Shown here: positions 7,089 to 14,805 of the stretch, piece by piece
Layout: the number at the start of each line of letters is the position of its first letter
Position numbering within the stretch: the first letter of the stretch is position 1
Assembly (NCBI GenBank): GCA_043739185.1
Contig: JAYUEN010000217.1
Location: forward strand, 1-15,618
Length of the DNA: 15,618 bases
DNA from: Bdellovibrionales bacterium
GTDB taxonomy: Bacteria; Bdellovibrionota; Bdellovibrionia; Bdellovibrionales; JAMPXM01
Direction: 5' to 3'
Made by a program: the position numbers and the translations under genes
The notes under the pieces: generated by a model
Seen by the model: only the letters and a program-made list of their open reading frames with translations
Databases searched by the model: none
Told to the model about the DNA's origin: nothing

Positions 7089-8204
7089 ATGAGTAAAAAC
7101 ACCAATCCATCTCACTCAAGGCAGGGCCAAATTAAGCCAACCAAAAAAAACCTTATCGCCAAAGAAGTAAAGTCAGCCAAGCTTTCTAAAAGGATTGCCT
7201 CTAGAAAACTAGAGCTTCCAAAAGAAATCATGCTACAACTTCATGAGCATATGGTCACCTCTCGAGTGCTTGAAGAGCGCTTGATTAAATTATATCGAAC
7301 TGGCGATGCTTATTTTTGGATTGGCGGAACTGGTGAGGAGGCCTTTGGAGTACCCCTCGGAATGCTGACTCACAAAGGTCAAGGGCCCGAATTTGATTAT
7401 CTGCATTTACATTATCGCGGCACTCCAACTATGGTAGCGCTTGGTATGCCGATGATTGATTCGATTCGACTTCAAATGAATCGCGCCTCTGATCCTTCAA
7501 CCGGCGGCCGAAACTTTTGCAATCACTATTGCTTCCCGAAATGGAATGTTGTGCCTGTAGGTTCGCCCATTGAAGTTCAGTACGGAATGGCGATTGGTAC
7601 CGGGATCGTTCAGCGAAGGCTCAACCAAAAGGGAAGTAAAGGCATTACCATCGTAACCGGCGGAGATGCAGGTTCGGCAGAGGGGGATTTTGCTTCGTGT
7701 TTGATTTGGGCGTCACGACCCGGGCAAGAATTGCCTATGTTGATTACGGTACAAAATAATCGTGTTGGTATTTCGACAGACTATGGTTCGCAACATGGTG
7801 AAAAATATGTTTCGGATAGAGGTAAAGCGTTTGGAATAAGAACCTCTGTCGTTGATGGCAATAATGCGGTTGAAACTTATTTGGCCCTACAAGCTGAAAT
7901 GGCTTATATTCGAAAAACTGGCAAACCAGTTTTGATGGAGTTTATGGTGTCTCGACTCTATGGCCACTCGTCTGCAACTGGCGCGAACCGAGAAAAAGGC
8001 GAGGATTGTATTGAAAGTTTAGAACGTAAAATGATCAATGCCGGCCTTATTACTTCGCAGAAGTGCAAAGAACTTTATAAATCGCTAGATGATGAATCCA
8101 AGCGCATTTCAGATGAGGTCAGAGCGGAGGCTCCACCAGCTGCAGAAAGTATTTGGGATCATATTTATCAAGGAAGCGAAAACGCGGATTGGAGAAAATT
8201 CTAA
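7089..8204 (+). CDS. TPP-dependent 2-oxoacid dehydrogenase E1 alpha subunit (probably branched-chain type)
   Basis: GEEA, HYR, TPP-binding GDAGSAEGDF...QNN, VDGNN and RLYGHSS motifs; followed by a coupled beta subunit. Confidence 0.93.
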   Translation: MSKNTNPSHSRQGQIKPTKKNLIAKEVKSAKLSKRIASRKLELPKEIMLQLHEHMVTSRVLEERLIKLYRTGDAYFWIGGTGEEAFGVPLGMLTHKGQGPEFDYLHLHYRGTPTMVALGMPMIDSIRLQMNRASDPSTGGRNFCNHYCFPKWNVVPVGSPIEVQYGMAIGTGIVQRRLNQKGSKGITIVTGGDAGSAEGDFASCLIWASRPGQELPMLITVQNNRVGISTDYGSQHGEKYVSDRGKAFGIRTSVVDGNNAVETYLALQAEMAYIRKTGKPVLMEFMVSRLYGHSSATGANREKGEDCIESLERKMINAGLITSQKCKELYKSLDDESKRISDEVRAEAPPAAESIWDHIYQGSENADWRKF

Positions 8205-9268
8205 TGGCAAATATGACTCAAGCCATTCGAATGGCTCTACACATTGGTGAATCGAAACTTAAAGTAACTGATATATTTGGCCAAGATGTGGGCGCTCCAT
8301 TGGGCGGCGTTTTTACTGCTACTCAAGGCCTTAAGACCGCTTGGAATACGCCACTCGATGAACGTGGTATTATCGGCGCCGCCATGGGCATCGCCCTCAC
8401 TGGCAATCGTTGTGTCGCCGAAATTCAATTTTGCGATTATATTTTCAATACCATTGATTTGATGAAGATCGCCGGAAACACCTTGTGGGTTAGCAATGGC
8501 AATTACAATATGCCAATGGTCGTAATGACTCCGGTGGGTGCGGGTATTCACGGCAGTATTTATCATTCACATAGTTTTGATGCTTGGGCGACCAGACTTC
8601 CTGGCTGGAAGATTGTTATGCCATCGACGCCCCTTGATGCCTACGGACTCATGCTTTCAGCAATTCAAGACCCCAATCCGGTATTGTTTTTAAAGCCAAA
8701 GGCTTTGATGCGCGTACGTGGGGAAGAGTTGATTCCTGGCGAACCAGCAGAGGAAAAGACTTTAAGAGCAATGATTGATCAACCCGTTGGAGAGAGTGAT
8801 CGCTTGAAGTGGAAGCCCAAATGGCCCGAGCTCAATGCGGAATTTACGATACCAATTGGTAAAGCTAAAATCACTCGTGATGGCAAGGCTGCAACTTTGA
8901 TAAGTTATGGGCGTTCGCTCTTGTTTTGCAATCAAGTTGCAGACCAGTTAAAGGAGCAGGGTCGACATATTGAAGTGATCGATCTTCGATCGCTCTATCC
9001 GTATGATTGGCAAATGATCAAAGAAAGTGTTTTAAAAACCAAGAGAGTCTTGTTTGTGAATGAAGACACCGAAGTTACAAATTTTGGTGAGCACTTAGCT
9101 TATCGAGCGACCACTGAATTATTTTATGAATTGCATGCAAGGCCCCGTGTTTTGGCCGGAAAAAATATTCCTGGCATTGGCTTGCATCAAAATTTAGAGA
9201 GAGCCACGGTGCCTCAAGTTCAAGATATTCTGCGCGAGACACTTGATCTTTTAGATGAGGTTCCATGA
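8204..9268 (+). CDS. 2-oxoacid dehydrogenase E1 beta subunit (354 aa)
   Basis: ATG 8204 overlaps the alpha stop (TAATG) with GGAG upstream. Motifs GQDVG...GGVF, NTPLDERGIIGAAMG, EIQFCDY, HSHS, DAYGL, IEVIDLRSLYPYD. Confidence 0.94.
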   Translation: MANMTQAIRMALHIGESKLKVTDIFGQDVGAPLGGVFTATQGLKTAWNTPLDERGIIGAAMGIALTGNRCVAEIQFCDYIFNTIDLMKIAGNTLWVSNGNYNMPMVVMTPVGAGIHGSIYHSHSFDAWATRLPGWKIVMPSTPLDAYGLMLSAIQDPNPVLFLKPKALMRVRGEELIPGEPAEEKTLRAMIDQPVGESDRLKWKPKWPELNAEFTIPIGKAKITRDGKAATLISYGRSLLFCNQVADQLKEQGRHIEVIDLRSLYPYDWQMIKESVLKTKRVLFVNEDTEVTNFGEHLAYRATTELFYELHARPRVLAGKNIPGIGLHQNLERATVPQVQDILRETLDLLDEVP

Positions 9269-10092
9269 GCCGGACCTCAAAGAAAAAGGCAGAAGCCAAA
9301 GCAAAGCAAACAAAAGATTTTGATAAATACTATTACTATCTCAATAGTGTTCAGGCGCCCGACAATGATGTTTTGTTTATGCGCGACACTTATAAAGAAC
9401 TTCGAGGAAAATATCCTTTTAGTATGCGCGAAGATTTTTGTGGTACGCACGCGCTTTCTTGTGAGTGGGTCAAGCTCAACTCAAAGAATTTATCTTACGG
9501 CATTGATCTTGATTTAGAGCCGATCAGTTATGGTCAAAGTCATTATGCTTCTAAGCTGAGTCCTATGCAGCGCGCGCGTATTCAAATCTTGCAGACAGAT
9601 GTGCTCAATCCGGGTCTGCCAAAGGCCGACATCATATGTTCGATGAATTTTTCGCAATATACATTTAAGGAAAGGGCAATGATGAAGTCTTACTTTCATA
9701 ATTGTCTTACGACTTTAAATGAATCAGGAATTCTTTTAATGGATTGTTTCGGGGGGCCCGCATGTCAAAGCGAAAACCAAGAAATGACCAAACACAAAAA
9801 TTTCAAATATTACTGGCACCAGAGAAGTTTTGATCCGGTCACCAATCACGCTATTTTTAATATTCACTACAAGCCAAATGGCAAAGCTAAGGTTGAAAAT
9901 GTCTTTACCTATGACTGGCGAATGTGGTCCATTCCCGAGCTTCGCGAGATGATGAGTGAAGTCGGCTTTCAAAAGACTTTTGTTTATTGGGAAGGAACCA
10001 CGCGCTCAGGTGAGGGCGATGGTCATTTTGTCAGGACTGAAGTGGGCGAAGAATGCCTAGCTTGGATTGCGTATATTGTTGGAATAAAATAA
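9265..10092 (+). CDS. Class I SAM-dependent methyltransferase
   Basis: ATGA overlap with E1 beta and GAGG RBS. Variant motif I REDFCGT, GIDLD, ADIICSMNFS, LNESGILLMD, ELREMMSEVGF. Confidence 0.85.
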   Translation: MSRTSKKKAEAKAKQTKDFDKYYYYLNSVQAPDNDVLFMRDTYKELRGKYPFSMREDFCGTHALSCEWVKLNSKNLSYGIDLDLEPISYGQSHYASKLSPMQRARIQILQTDVLNPGLPKADIICSMNFSQYTFKERAMMKSYFHNCLTTLNESGILLMDCFGGPACQSENQEMTKHKNFKYYWHQRSFDPVTNHAIFNIHYKPNGKAKVENVFTYDWRMWSIPELREMMSEVGFQKTFVYWEGTTRSGEGDGHFVRTEVGEECLAWIAYIVGIK

Positions 10093-10976
10093 TGAAAAGA
10101 TGGGTTCTGGGTATTCTCATTTTCGTCGCGGGGGCCGCGACCTATAAATATATTCAAAATCTAAAAAATGAAAAAGTTTTAAGCGAAAGAAAGCTCGCTG
10201 AAGATCACTTGCGGATTGGCAATTTAAGTAAAAGCCTTGCCGAAGAAGAGCGAAAATTAGACCTAAAACAGCTTGAAGATAAACATCGAAATGAGAATTT
10301 AGAACAATTGATATTGGCTAAAAAGAAGGACCTGCAGAATCTTGATGAACAAATAAAGGGCATCAGACAAAATCCGAATAATTTGAAGGCCAAGACGGAT
10401 GCCGAGTCCGATTTAAAGCTTGAGCGCGACCGCATTGAAGGCCTCAACAACCAAATTAAAAATTTAGAAAAAATGAAAAGCGGCCACCAAGTTGAATCAA
10501 AAGAGGATCAGCAAATAATTGAAGATCGTTATCAAAGCCAAATGAATAATTTCAAATATCAAATCCGACTAGTCGAAGAGCGATTACGCGTTTTAGAAGC
10601 GGAACTCGGTGCAATCAAGGTGAGAAAGAAAGACCCAATTGCCGTCAATGAAAGGGAAAGTAAAGCGCGCGAGATAGCCCAACAAAAAGTTATTTTATCG
10701 CAGTGGCGCGTGCAGGAGTCCGATTTGAATCGAGTTCACTCTAATGAAAAAGCTGATTTAAAAGCCAATATCGGCTCGGATCAGAGCCAGATCGACAGTC
10801 AACTCCTAGGTCTTCGCAATCAACTCAAGGAAGAAAAAACTCGGTTTGAGTTGGCCGATAAAAATCTGAAAATTTTTTCATCGTCTGCAGATAGTATGAA
10901 AGAACAGATCAAAAATTTAGAAACCCAAAGACAAGCTTTGCAGCGAGAAATTACGGATTTGCAAACAACCCATTAA
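10092..10976 (+). CDS. Membrane-anchored long coiled-coil protein (294 aa)
   Basis: ATG 10092 overlaps the methyltransferase stop (TAATG) and gives an N-terminal anchor MKRWVLGILIFVAGAATY. The rest is heptad-patterned and rich in L/K/E/Q. Confidence 0.85.
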   Translation: MKRWVLGILIFVAGAATYKYIQNLKNEKVLSERKLAEDHLRIGNLSKSLAEEERKLDLKQLEDKHRNENLEQLILAKKKDLQNLDEQIKGIRQNPNNLKAKTDAESDLKLERDRIEGLNNQIKNLEKMKSGHQVESKEDQQIIEDRYQSQMNNFKYQIRLVEERLRVLEAELGAIKVRKKDPIAVNERESKAREIAQQKVILSQWRVQESDLNRVHSNEKADLKANIGSDQSQIDSQLLGLRNQLKEEKTRFELADKNLKIFSSSADSMKEQIKNLETQRQALQREITDLQTTH

Positions 10977-11500
10977 GGGGTTGAGGATTTGAGTTCTTGC
11001 ATTGTAAAGAGCGCCTGATATTCCAATCCAGCAGCTTTGATTTTTTCGTTCTGTCCTTCGCTTCGGTCAATCACACAGATGACCTTACGAACTAGGGCGC
11101 CGATCGATCGAAGTTCCGTGGCACTTTCAATGATTTGCCCGCCAGTTGTGATCACATCTTCAATGAGGGTTATATTTTTGCCGGATACATTCGGGCCCTC
11201 GGCAAACTTTTGGGTTCCGTAATCTTTGGCTTTTTTTCTCACAAAGGTCATGGGTAAGCCAGTTTTGAGAGCTAAGGCAGTGGCTAAAGGAATTCCTCCC
11301 ATTTCAAGGGCTCCGAGAATCTCAGTTTCGTTTGGTATAAGATGTCTCATTTGTTCTGCTATGGCATCAAGCAAAGCGGGTCTAGATTCAAATTGATACT
11401 TGTCGAAATATTCATTTGAGGTTTTACCAGACCTAAGTTTGAATTCGCCTTTGAGATGGGCAACTTTGAAAATTTCACAACAGAGTTCTTCGCGGTTCAT
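10973..11500 (-). CDS. pyrE: Orotate phosphoribosyltransferase
   Basis: GEFKLRSGKTSNEYFD, flexible loop RKKAKDYG, PRPP-binding LIEDVITTGG; AGGGGG RBS. Confidence 0.96.
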   Translation of the reverse strand: MNREELCCEIFKVAHLKGEFKLRSGKTSNEYFDKYQFESRPALLDAIAEQMRHLIPNETEILGALEMGGIPLATALALKTGLPMTFVRKKAKDYGTQKFAEGPNVSGKNITLIEDVITTGGQIIESATELRSIGALVRKVICVIDRSEGQNEKIKAAGLEYQALFTMQELKSSTP

Positions 11501-11556
11501 TTTAAATCCCCCTAGAAAATTGGTAGCTGGATGTCCCTGTTCCCCTTAACTAAAGC

Positions 11557-11572
11557 TGGCATAAAACCTGCT
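11557..11572 (+). promoter_or_regulatory. Sigma-54 (RpoN) -24/-12 promoter
   Basis: TGGCATAAAACCTGCT: GG (11558-11559)-N10-GC (11570-11571); intergenic and pointing at the small ORF at 11598. Confidence 0.65.
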
Positions 11573-11597
11573 TCAACTACTACTGAGTGGGGTCTAA

Positions 11598-11738
11598 ATG
11601 GTTTACCTTCATCAAATTTTTAAGCAAATTGCTCAGTTCAAAAAAATAGACCTTTTGGGAACCTCATACTTCTTTTTTATTCTGTTGGCACTTACTTTCG
11701 CAATGATAGCACTTATGCGTTCGATCCCACTCAATTAG
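11598..11738 (+). CDS. Small single-pass membrane protein (46 aa), not in the ORF track
   Basis: MVYLHQIFKQIAQFKKIDLLGTSYFFFILLALTFAMIALMRSIPLN*. GGGGT RBS just upstream; uncharged hydrophobic run at aa 19-40; fills the gap between pyrE and the next gene without overlap. Confidence 0.7.
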   Translation: MVYLHQIFKQIAQFKKIDLLGTSYFFFILLALTFAMIALMRSIPLN

Positions 11739-11748
11739 CCAAAGTTTC

Positions 11749-12624
11749 TTATCCGGGATTGCTCAAATCCAAATCAAGTTGTTTTTTTAGCTTTTTTTCT
11801 GGCGGTGTCTTTTTGATCGATTGGACATCATCAAACTCAGAACTCAAAAAGCTTAAATTTTTATGCAAATCAAAAGGCTTTTTAAAGCTTTGCTCATGGG
11901 CAAGAAAATCGACATAAATTTTTGGCAGATTCTGTAATTTGGTTTCAAGTCTCAACGAATTTAAATCGACACTGCGATCACTTAGGGTATGCATACTCTG
12001 TTTTCTTTTCAGCGAAGAAAGTAGCCGCATTTTACTTAATTGCGAAAGTTTGAGCTCACTATTTTGCGAAATAAAATCGATGAGAAGTCGCATGCGCTCT
12101 AAAGAAAAAGCATAGAGCTCGCGCTCTGCTCTTAAGGCCTTTTCTTCGTGGGACTGCATGCATTCAGTTTTTCGTTTCAGATAAAGGCTGGTGATAATTT
12201 TTGCGATTTGCTTCTTATGTTCACTCACATCATCTGTCCCAAATTTACGCCGAAGCCTGCGCAGCCATCTGCTACTGGCACGCCCGGATTCACATTCAGT
12301 AATTTGCGTTCCCCAGCTTTGAATTGTTTCTAAATACTTTTGCTGAAGTCTTTTGAGAGTTCGTTCTTCATTGTCGGGATCCAAGTTTTGCGAACGCAAA
12401 TGTTTTTGCCAGCGCGCAAACATTTCGGGGTGCTCTCGACTCACGACCTCTTCAATCATTTTCAGCAAGACGTCGCTATTCGGATTCGAATCTTCGAGTT
12501 TACTTTCTTTTTCTGTTGCCGGCGCTGGATCAATTAAAATTTTTGGAGAGCCTAAATCAACGGCCCTAGCTTGAAACACAAAAGCCAAAAGAATGACAGA
12601 TAGGACTTTCTGGCTCCGGTTCAC
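11749..12624 (-). CDS. Secreted, largely alpha-helical hypothetical protein (291 aa)
   Basis: GTG start overlapping the upstream stop (GTGA); signal peptide MNRSQKVLSVILLAFVFQARA|; long uninterrupted ORF; no recognised family. Confidence 0.8.
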   Translation of the reverse strand: MNRSQKVLSVILLAFVFQARAVDLGSPKILIDPAPATEKESKLEDSNPNSDVLLKMIEEVVSREHPEMFARWQKHLRSQNLDPDNEERTLKRLQQKYLETIQSWGTQITECESGRASSRWLRRLRRKFGTDDVSEHKKQIAKIITSLYLKRKTECMQSHEEKALRAERELYAFSLERMRLLIDFISQNSELKLSQLSKMRLLSSLKRKQSMHTLSDRSVDLNSLRLETKLQNLPKIYVDFLAHEQSFKKPFDLHKNLSFLSSEFDDVQSIKKTPPEKKLKKQLDLDLSNPG

Positions 12625-13334
12625 ACAAACTCTTTTAGAGTTGCTTCGATAGCAAAGCGTGAAACCCTCTCGACCTTATCGCTGTCAATGCCAATCACAA
12701 TTCGAATGGTCGTGCCGTCTTGACTTTCAATTTTTGGCGCGGCTCCAAAGCTAAAAATAAATTTATAGAGATTGTCTTTGAAAGCCTGCTGAGCAATTTC
12801 ATCATTGCCGTGTTTTCTCATGGCTCTTGTCCAGTCCGTCACTCCGAAAAAAAGGGCTTCGACTTCTGCTTTTGCTTGAGTATTGATTGCCGCAGGTGCG
12901 ATTTCACAACTCACTTTAGCACTATAGCGCTTATTGAAATCTTTTAAGAAGTTCTGAATTTGACTTTGAATTTCCTCAACGCTAGGAGATTTTTTAAGTG
13001 ATAGATTGATTTGGCCGCTTGAAAGTTGGTCGACTACCAAATCAGCTTCATGCACCGTAAGGCCTGCAATTTCATCGACAAAAACATAGCTAAGATCTTG
13101 AGCTGCATCTTCAGTGGCTCGGTAATTTGCAATGAGAACAGACTTTTTTTCGGGCCCAGAATTAAAACAAATGAGATAGCCCTGAATATATTGACCAGAC
13201 TTTAAGTAAATGCTGACCACCGGAACCTTTTGACCCTTAATCGTTGAAGCTTCTTGAAATACCTCGCTGAGTCTTTCTAGGCTCGATAAAACGCCGAGTT
13301 GGGGGATGCCTACGAGCTGCGTTATATTAAACAT
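12621..13334 (-). CDS. Hypothetical cytoplasmic protein with a candidate Sm/Hfq-like N-terminal domain (237 aa)
   Basis: GAGG RBS and an upstream sigma-70-like promoter. VSIYLKSGQYIQGYLICF resembles the Hfq Sm1 motif; the domain call is tentative. Confidence 0.8.
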   Translation of the reverse strand: MFNITQLVGIPQLGVLSSLERLSEVFQEASTIKGQKVPVVSIYLKSGQYIQGYLICFNSGPEKKSVLIANYRATEDAAQDLSYVFVDEIAGLTVHEADLVVDQLSSGQINLSLKKSPSVEEIQSQIQNFLKDFNKRYSAKVSCEIAPAAINTQAKAEVEALFFGVTDWTRAMRKHGNDEIAQQAFKDNLYKFIFSFGAAPKIESQDGTTIRIVIGIDSDKVERVSRFAIEATLKEFV

Positions 13335-13369
13335 TTTGGCCTCAAAAGGTTAAAAGTCCTGAAGCCATA

Positions 13370-13399
13370 ATTATGAGGTGAATCCTTCAAAAGGGTCAA
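13370..13399 (-). promoter_or_regulatory. Sigma-70-like promoter for the minus-strand gene pair
   Basis: Minus strand reads TTGACC (13399-13394)-N18-CATAAT (13375-13370), about 35 nt upstream of ATG 13334. Confidence 0.5.
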
Positions 13400-13463
13400 G
13401 GTCCTATCCGATTTTTAGAAAATAAGGCTGTGCAGGACTATTGAATTTTGCTTCAATGGTAGG

Positions 13464-14498
13464 ATGTTGGCTCCAGAGCTTAAAAAGTTAAGAATTGCGC
13501 AATTTAATTTAGAAAATTTTTTCGTCTATATCGATTATCCTTTGCTTTCAAATTTAGAGCAAATTTCTGAATCGGACTGGCAAAAACACTCGATTTCAAG
13601 TTTTGAAAATAAATCACTACAAAATATACGTGAGATCGCAAAATGTATGCGAGATATGAATGCCGACGTATTTGCAGTTTGTGAAGTGGGTGGTGTTGAA
13701 TCTATAAATAATTTTGCTAAACATTTTTTAAATGACGAGTACAAAGCTTTTTCGATTGAGGGAAATTCAGATCGTGGAATCGATCTTGCCTATCTCGTAA
13801 AATCAAATTTGCCTTTGAACTTCGAGCTCAGAACCCACAAAGATCGCGCCATTGATTTTTTGTATCCACATGAGCGCCAAAGTGTATTGGGTGGTTATTT
13901 AGATCCCCAGCACAGTCTTAAATTTTCAAGAGATGTATTGGAACTGAGGATTTTCTCGGAGTCAAAATCAGAACCCGAGTTGATTTTGTTAAATGTGCAT
14001 TTAAAATCCCAACTCGACAAAGACAATATTGACCCTCTAGGCAAAGATAGACGAAAGGCCGAACTCGAAAAATTGATTGAGATATATGCAGAAATTGGGG
14101 CCGAATTTGAGCAGAAGGTGCCCATAGTTTTAGCCGGAGATTTCAATGGAATTGCCTCAAGACAAGCAACAGATTCTGAATTTTTAAGTCTACATCAAAA
14201 GACAAATCTTCAGGATGTATTTGATTTAGCTGAAATTCCGCAAGACAAACGAGTCACCCAACTTCAGTTTGCGCCTTCAGGCAAATGTTGGAAGAAGCAG
14301 TTCGACTATATTTTTGTATCTCAGATCTTAAAGGATAAAGTTATAGTGAATGAAACTTTTGTTTATCGCTTCAAAGATGAGTTTGGTACGGAATTGAATC
14401 TTCCGACGACACTTGCCGAAAAAAGAAAGCTTGCGTCGGATCATTATCCGGTAGTTGCCACGTTTGTAACTAACATCAAGCCAAAGTTGACAAGATAA
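13464..14498 (+). CDS. Endonuclease/exonuclease/phosphatase (EEP) family protein
   Basis: Full EEP motif set: AQFNLENFF, DVFAVCEV, VHLKS, LAGDFN, FDYIFVS, SDHYPV. Confidence 0.93.
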   Translation: MLAPELKKLRIAQFNLENFFVYIDYPLLSNLEQISESDWQKHSISSFENKSLQNIREIAKCMRDMNADVFAVCEVGGVESINNFAKHFLNDEYKAFSIEGNSDRGIDLAYLVKSNLPLNFELRTHKDRAIDFLYPHERQSVLGGYLDPQHSLKFSRDVLELRIFSESKSEPELILLNVHLKSQLDKDNIDPLGKDRRKAELEKLIEIYAEIGAEFEQKVPIVLAGDFNGIASRQATDSEFLSLHQKTNLQDVFDLAEIPQDKRVTQLQFAPSGKCWKKQFDYIFVSQILKDKVIVNETFVYRFKDEFGTELNLPTTLAEKRKLASDHYPVVATFVTNIKPKLTR

Positions 14499-14515
14499 AA
14501 ACCCAATGGTGAGAT
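14487..14515 (+). promoter_or_regulatory. Candidate sigma-70 promoter for the 81-aa gene and pfkA
   Basis: Perfect TTGACA (14487-14492)-N17-TGAGAT with a TG extension; the -10 box is a poor match. Confidence 0.3.
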
Positions 14516-14559
14516 GAGGCCGTTAGTAAAACCTACAGTCCAAAAAAAAGCAGGAATAT

Positions 14560-14805
14560 ATGGCAAATGAAGAACTTCTAAAAGCAGAAATTGAAAAACT
14601 AAGAGCTGAAAATGAAAAACTGAAAAAGCCTTCTCGAGGAACGATTTCGATGAAAGTAAGTGAAAAAGGTGGGCTATCCGTTTATGGCCTTGGCAGATTT
14701 CCGGTAACTCTTTACAAAGAACAGTGGTCGAAATTATTAGCCGTCAGTGACTCGATCTTAGAATTTATTGAGCAACATCAAGATCAGCTCAAGACCAAAG
14801 AGTAA
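14560..14805 (+). CDS. Small hypothetical protein (81 aa): N-terminal coiled coil plus compact beta/alpha domain
   Basis: AGGA RBS; LKAEIEKLRAENEKLK heptads, then KVSEKGGLSVYGLGRFPVTLYKEQW; its stop overlaps the next ATG. Confidence 0.9.
   Translation: MANEELLKAEIEKLRAENEKLKKPSRGTISMKVSEKGGLSVYGLGRFPVTLYKEQWSKLLAVSDSILEFIEQHQDQLKTKE

Noticed and set aside
10092..10976. SMC, tape-measure or M23 peptidase-activator call for the coiled-coil protein
   Set aside because: No Walker motifs, no catalytic C-terminal domain and no phage context; only generic coiled-coil composition.
11686..11702. TGGCAC...CGCA as a third sigma-54 motif
   Set aside because: GG-to-GC spacing is 11 nt rather than the required 10, and it lies inside the small ORF with no plus-strand gene downstream.
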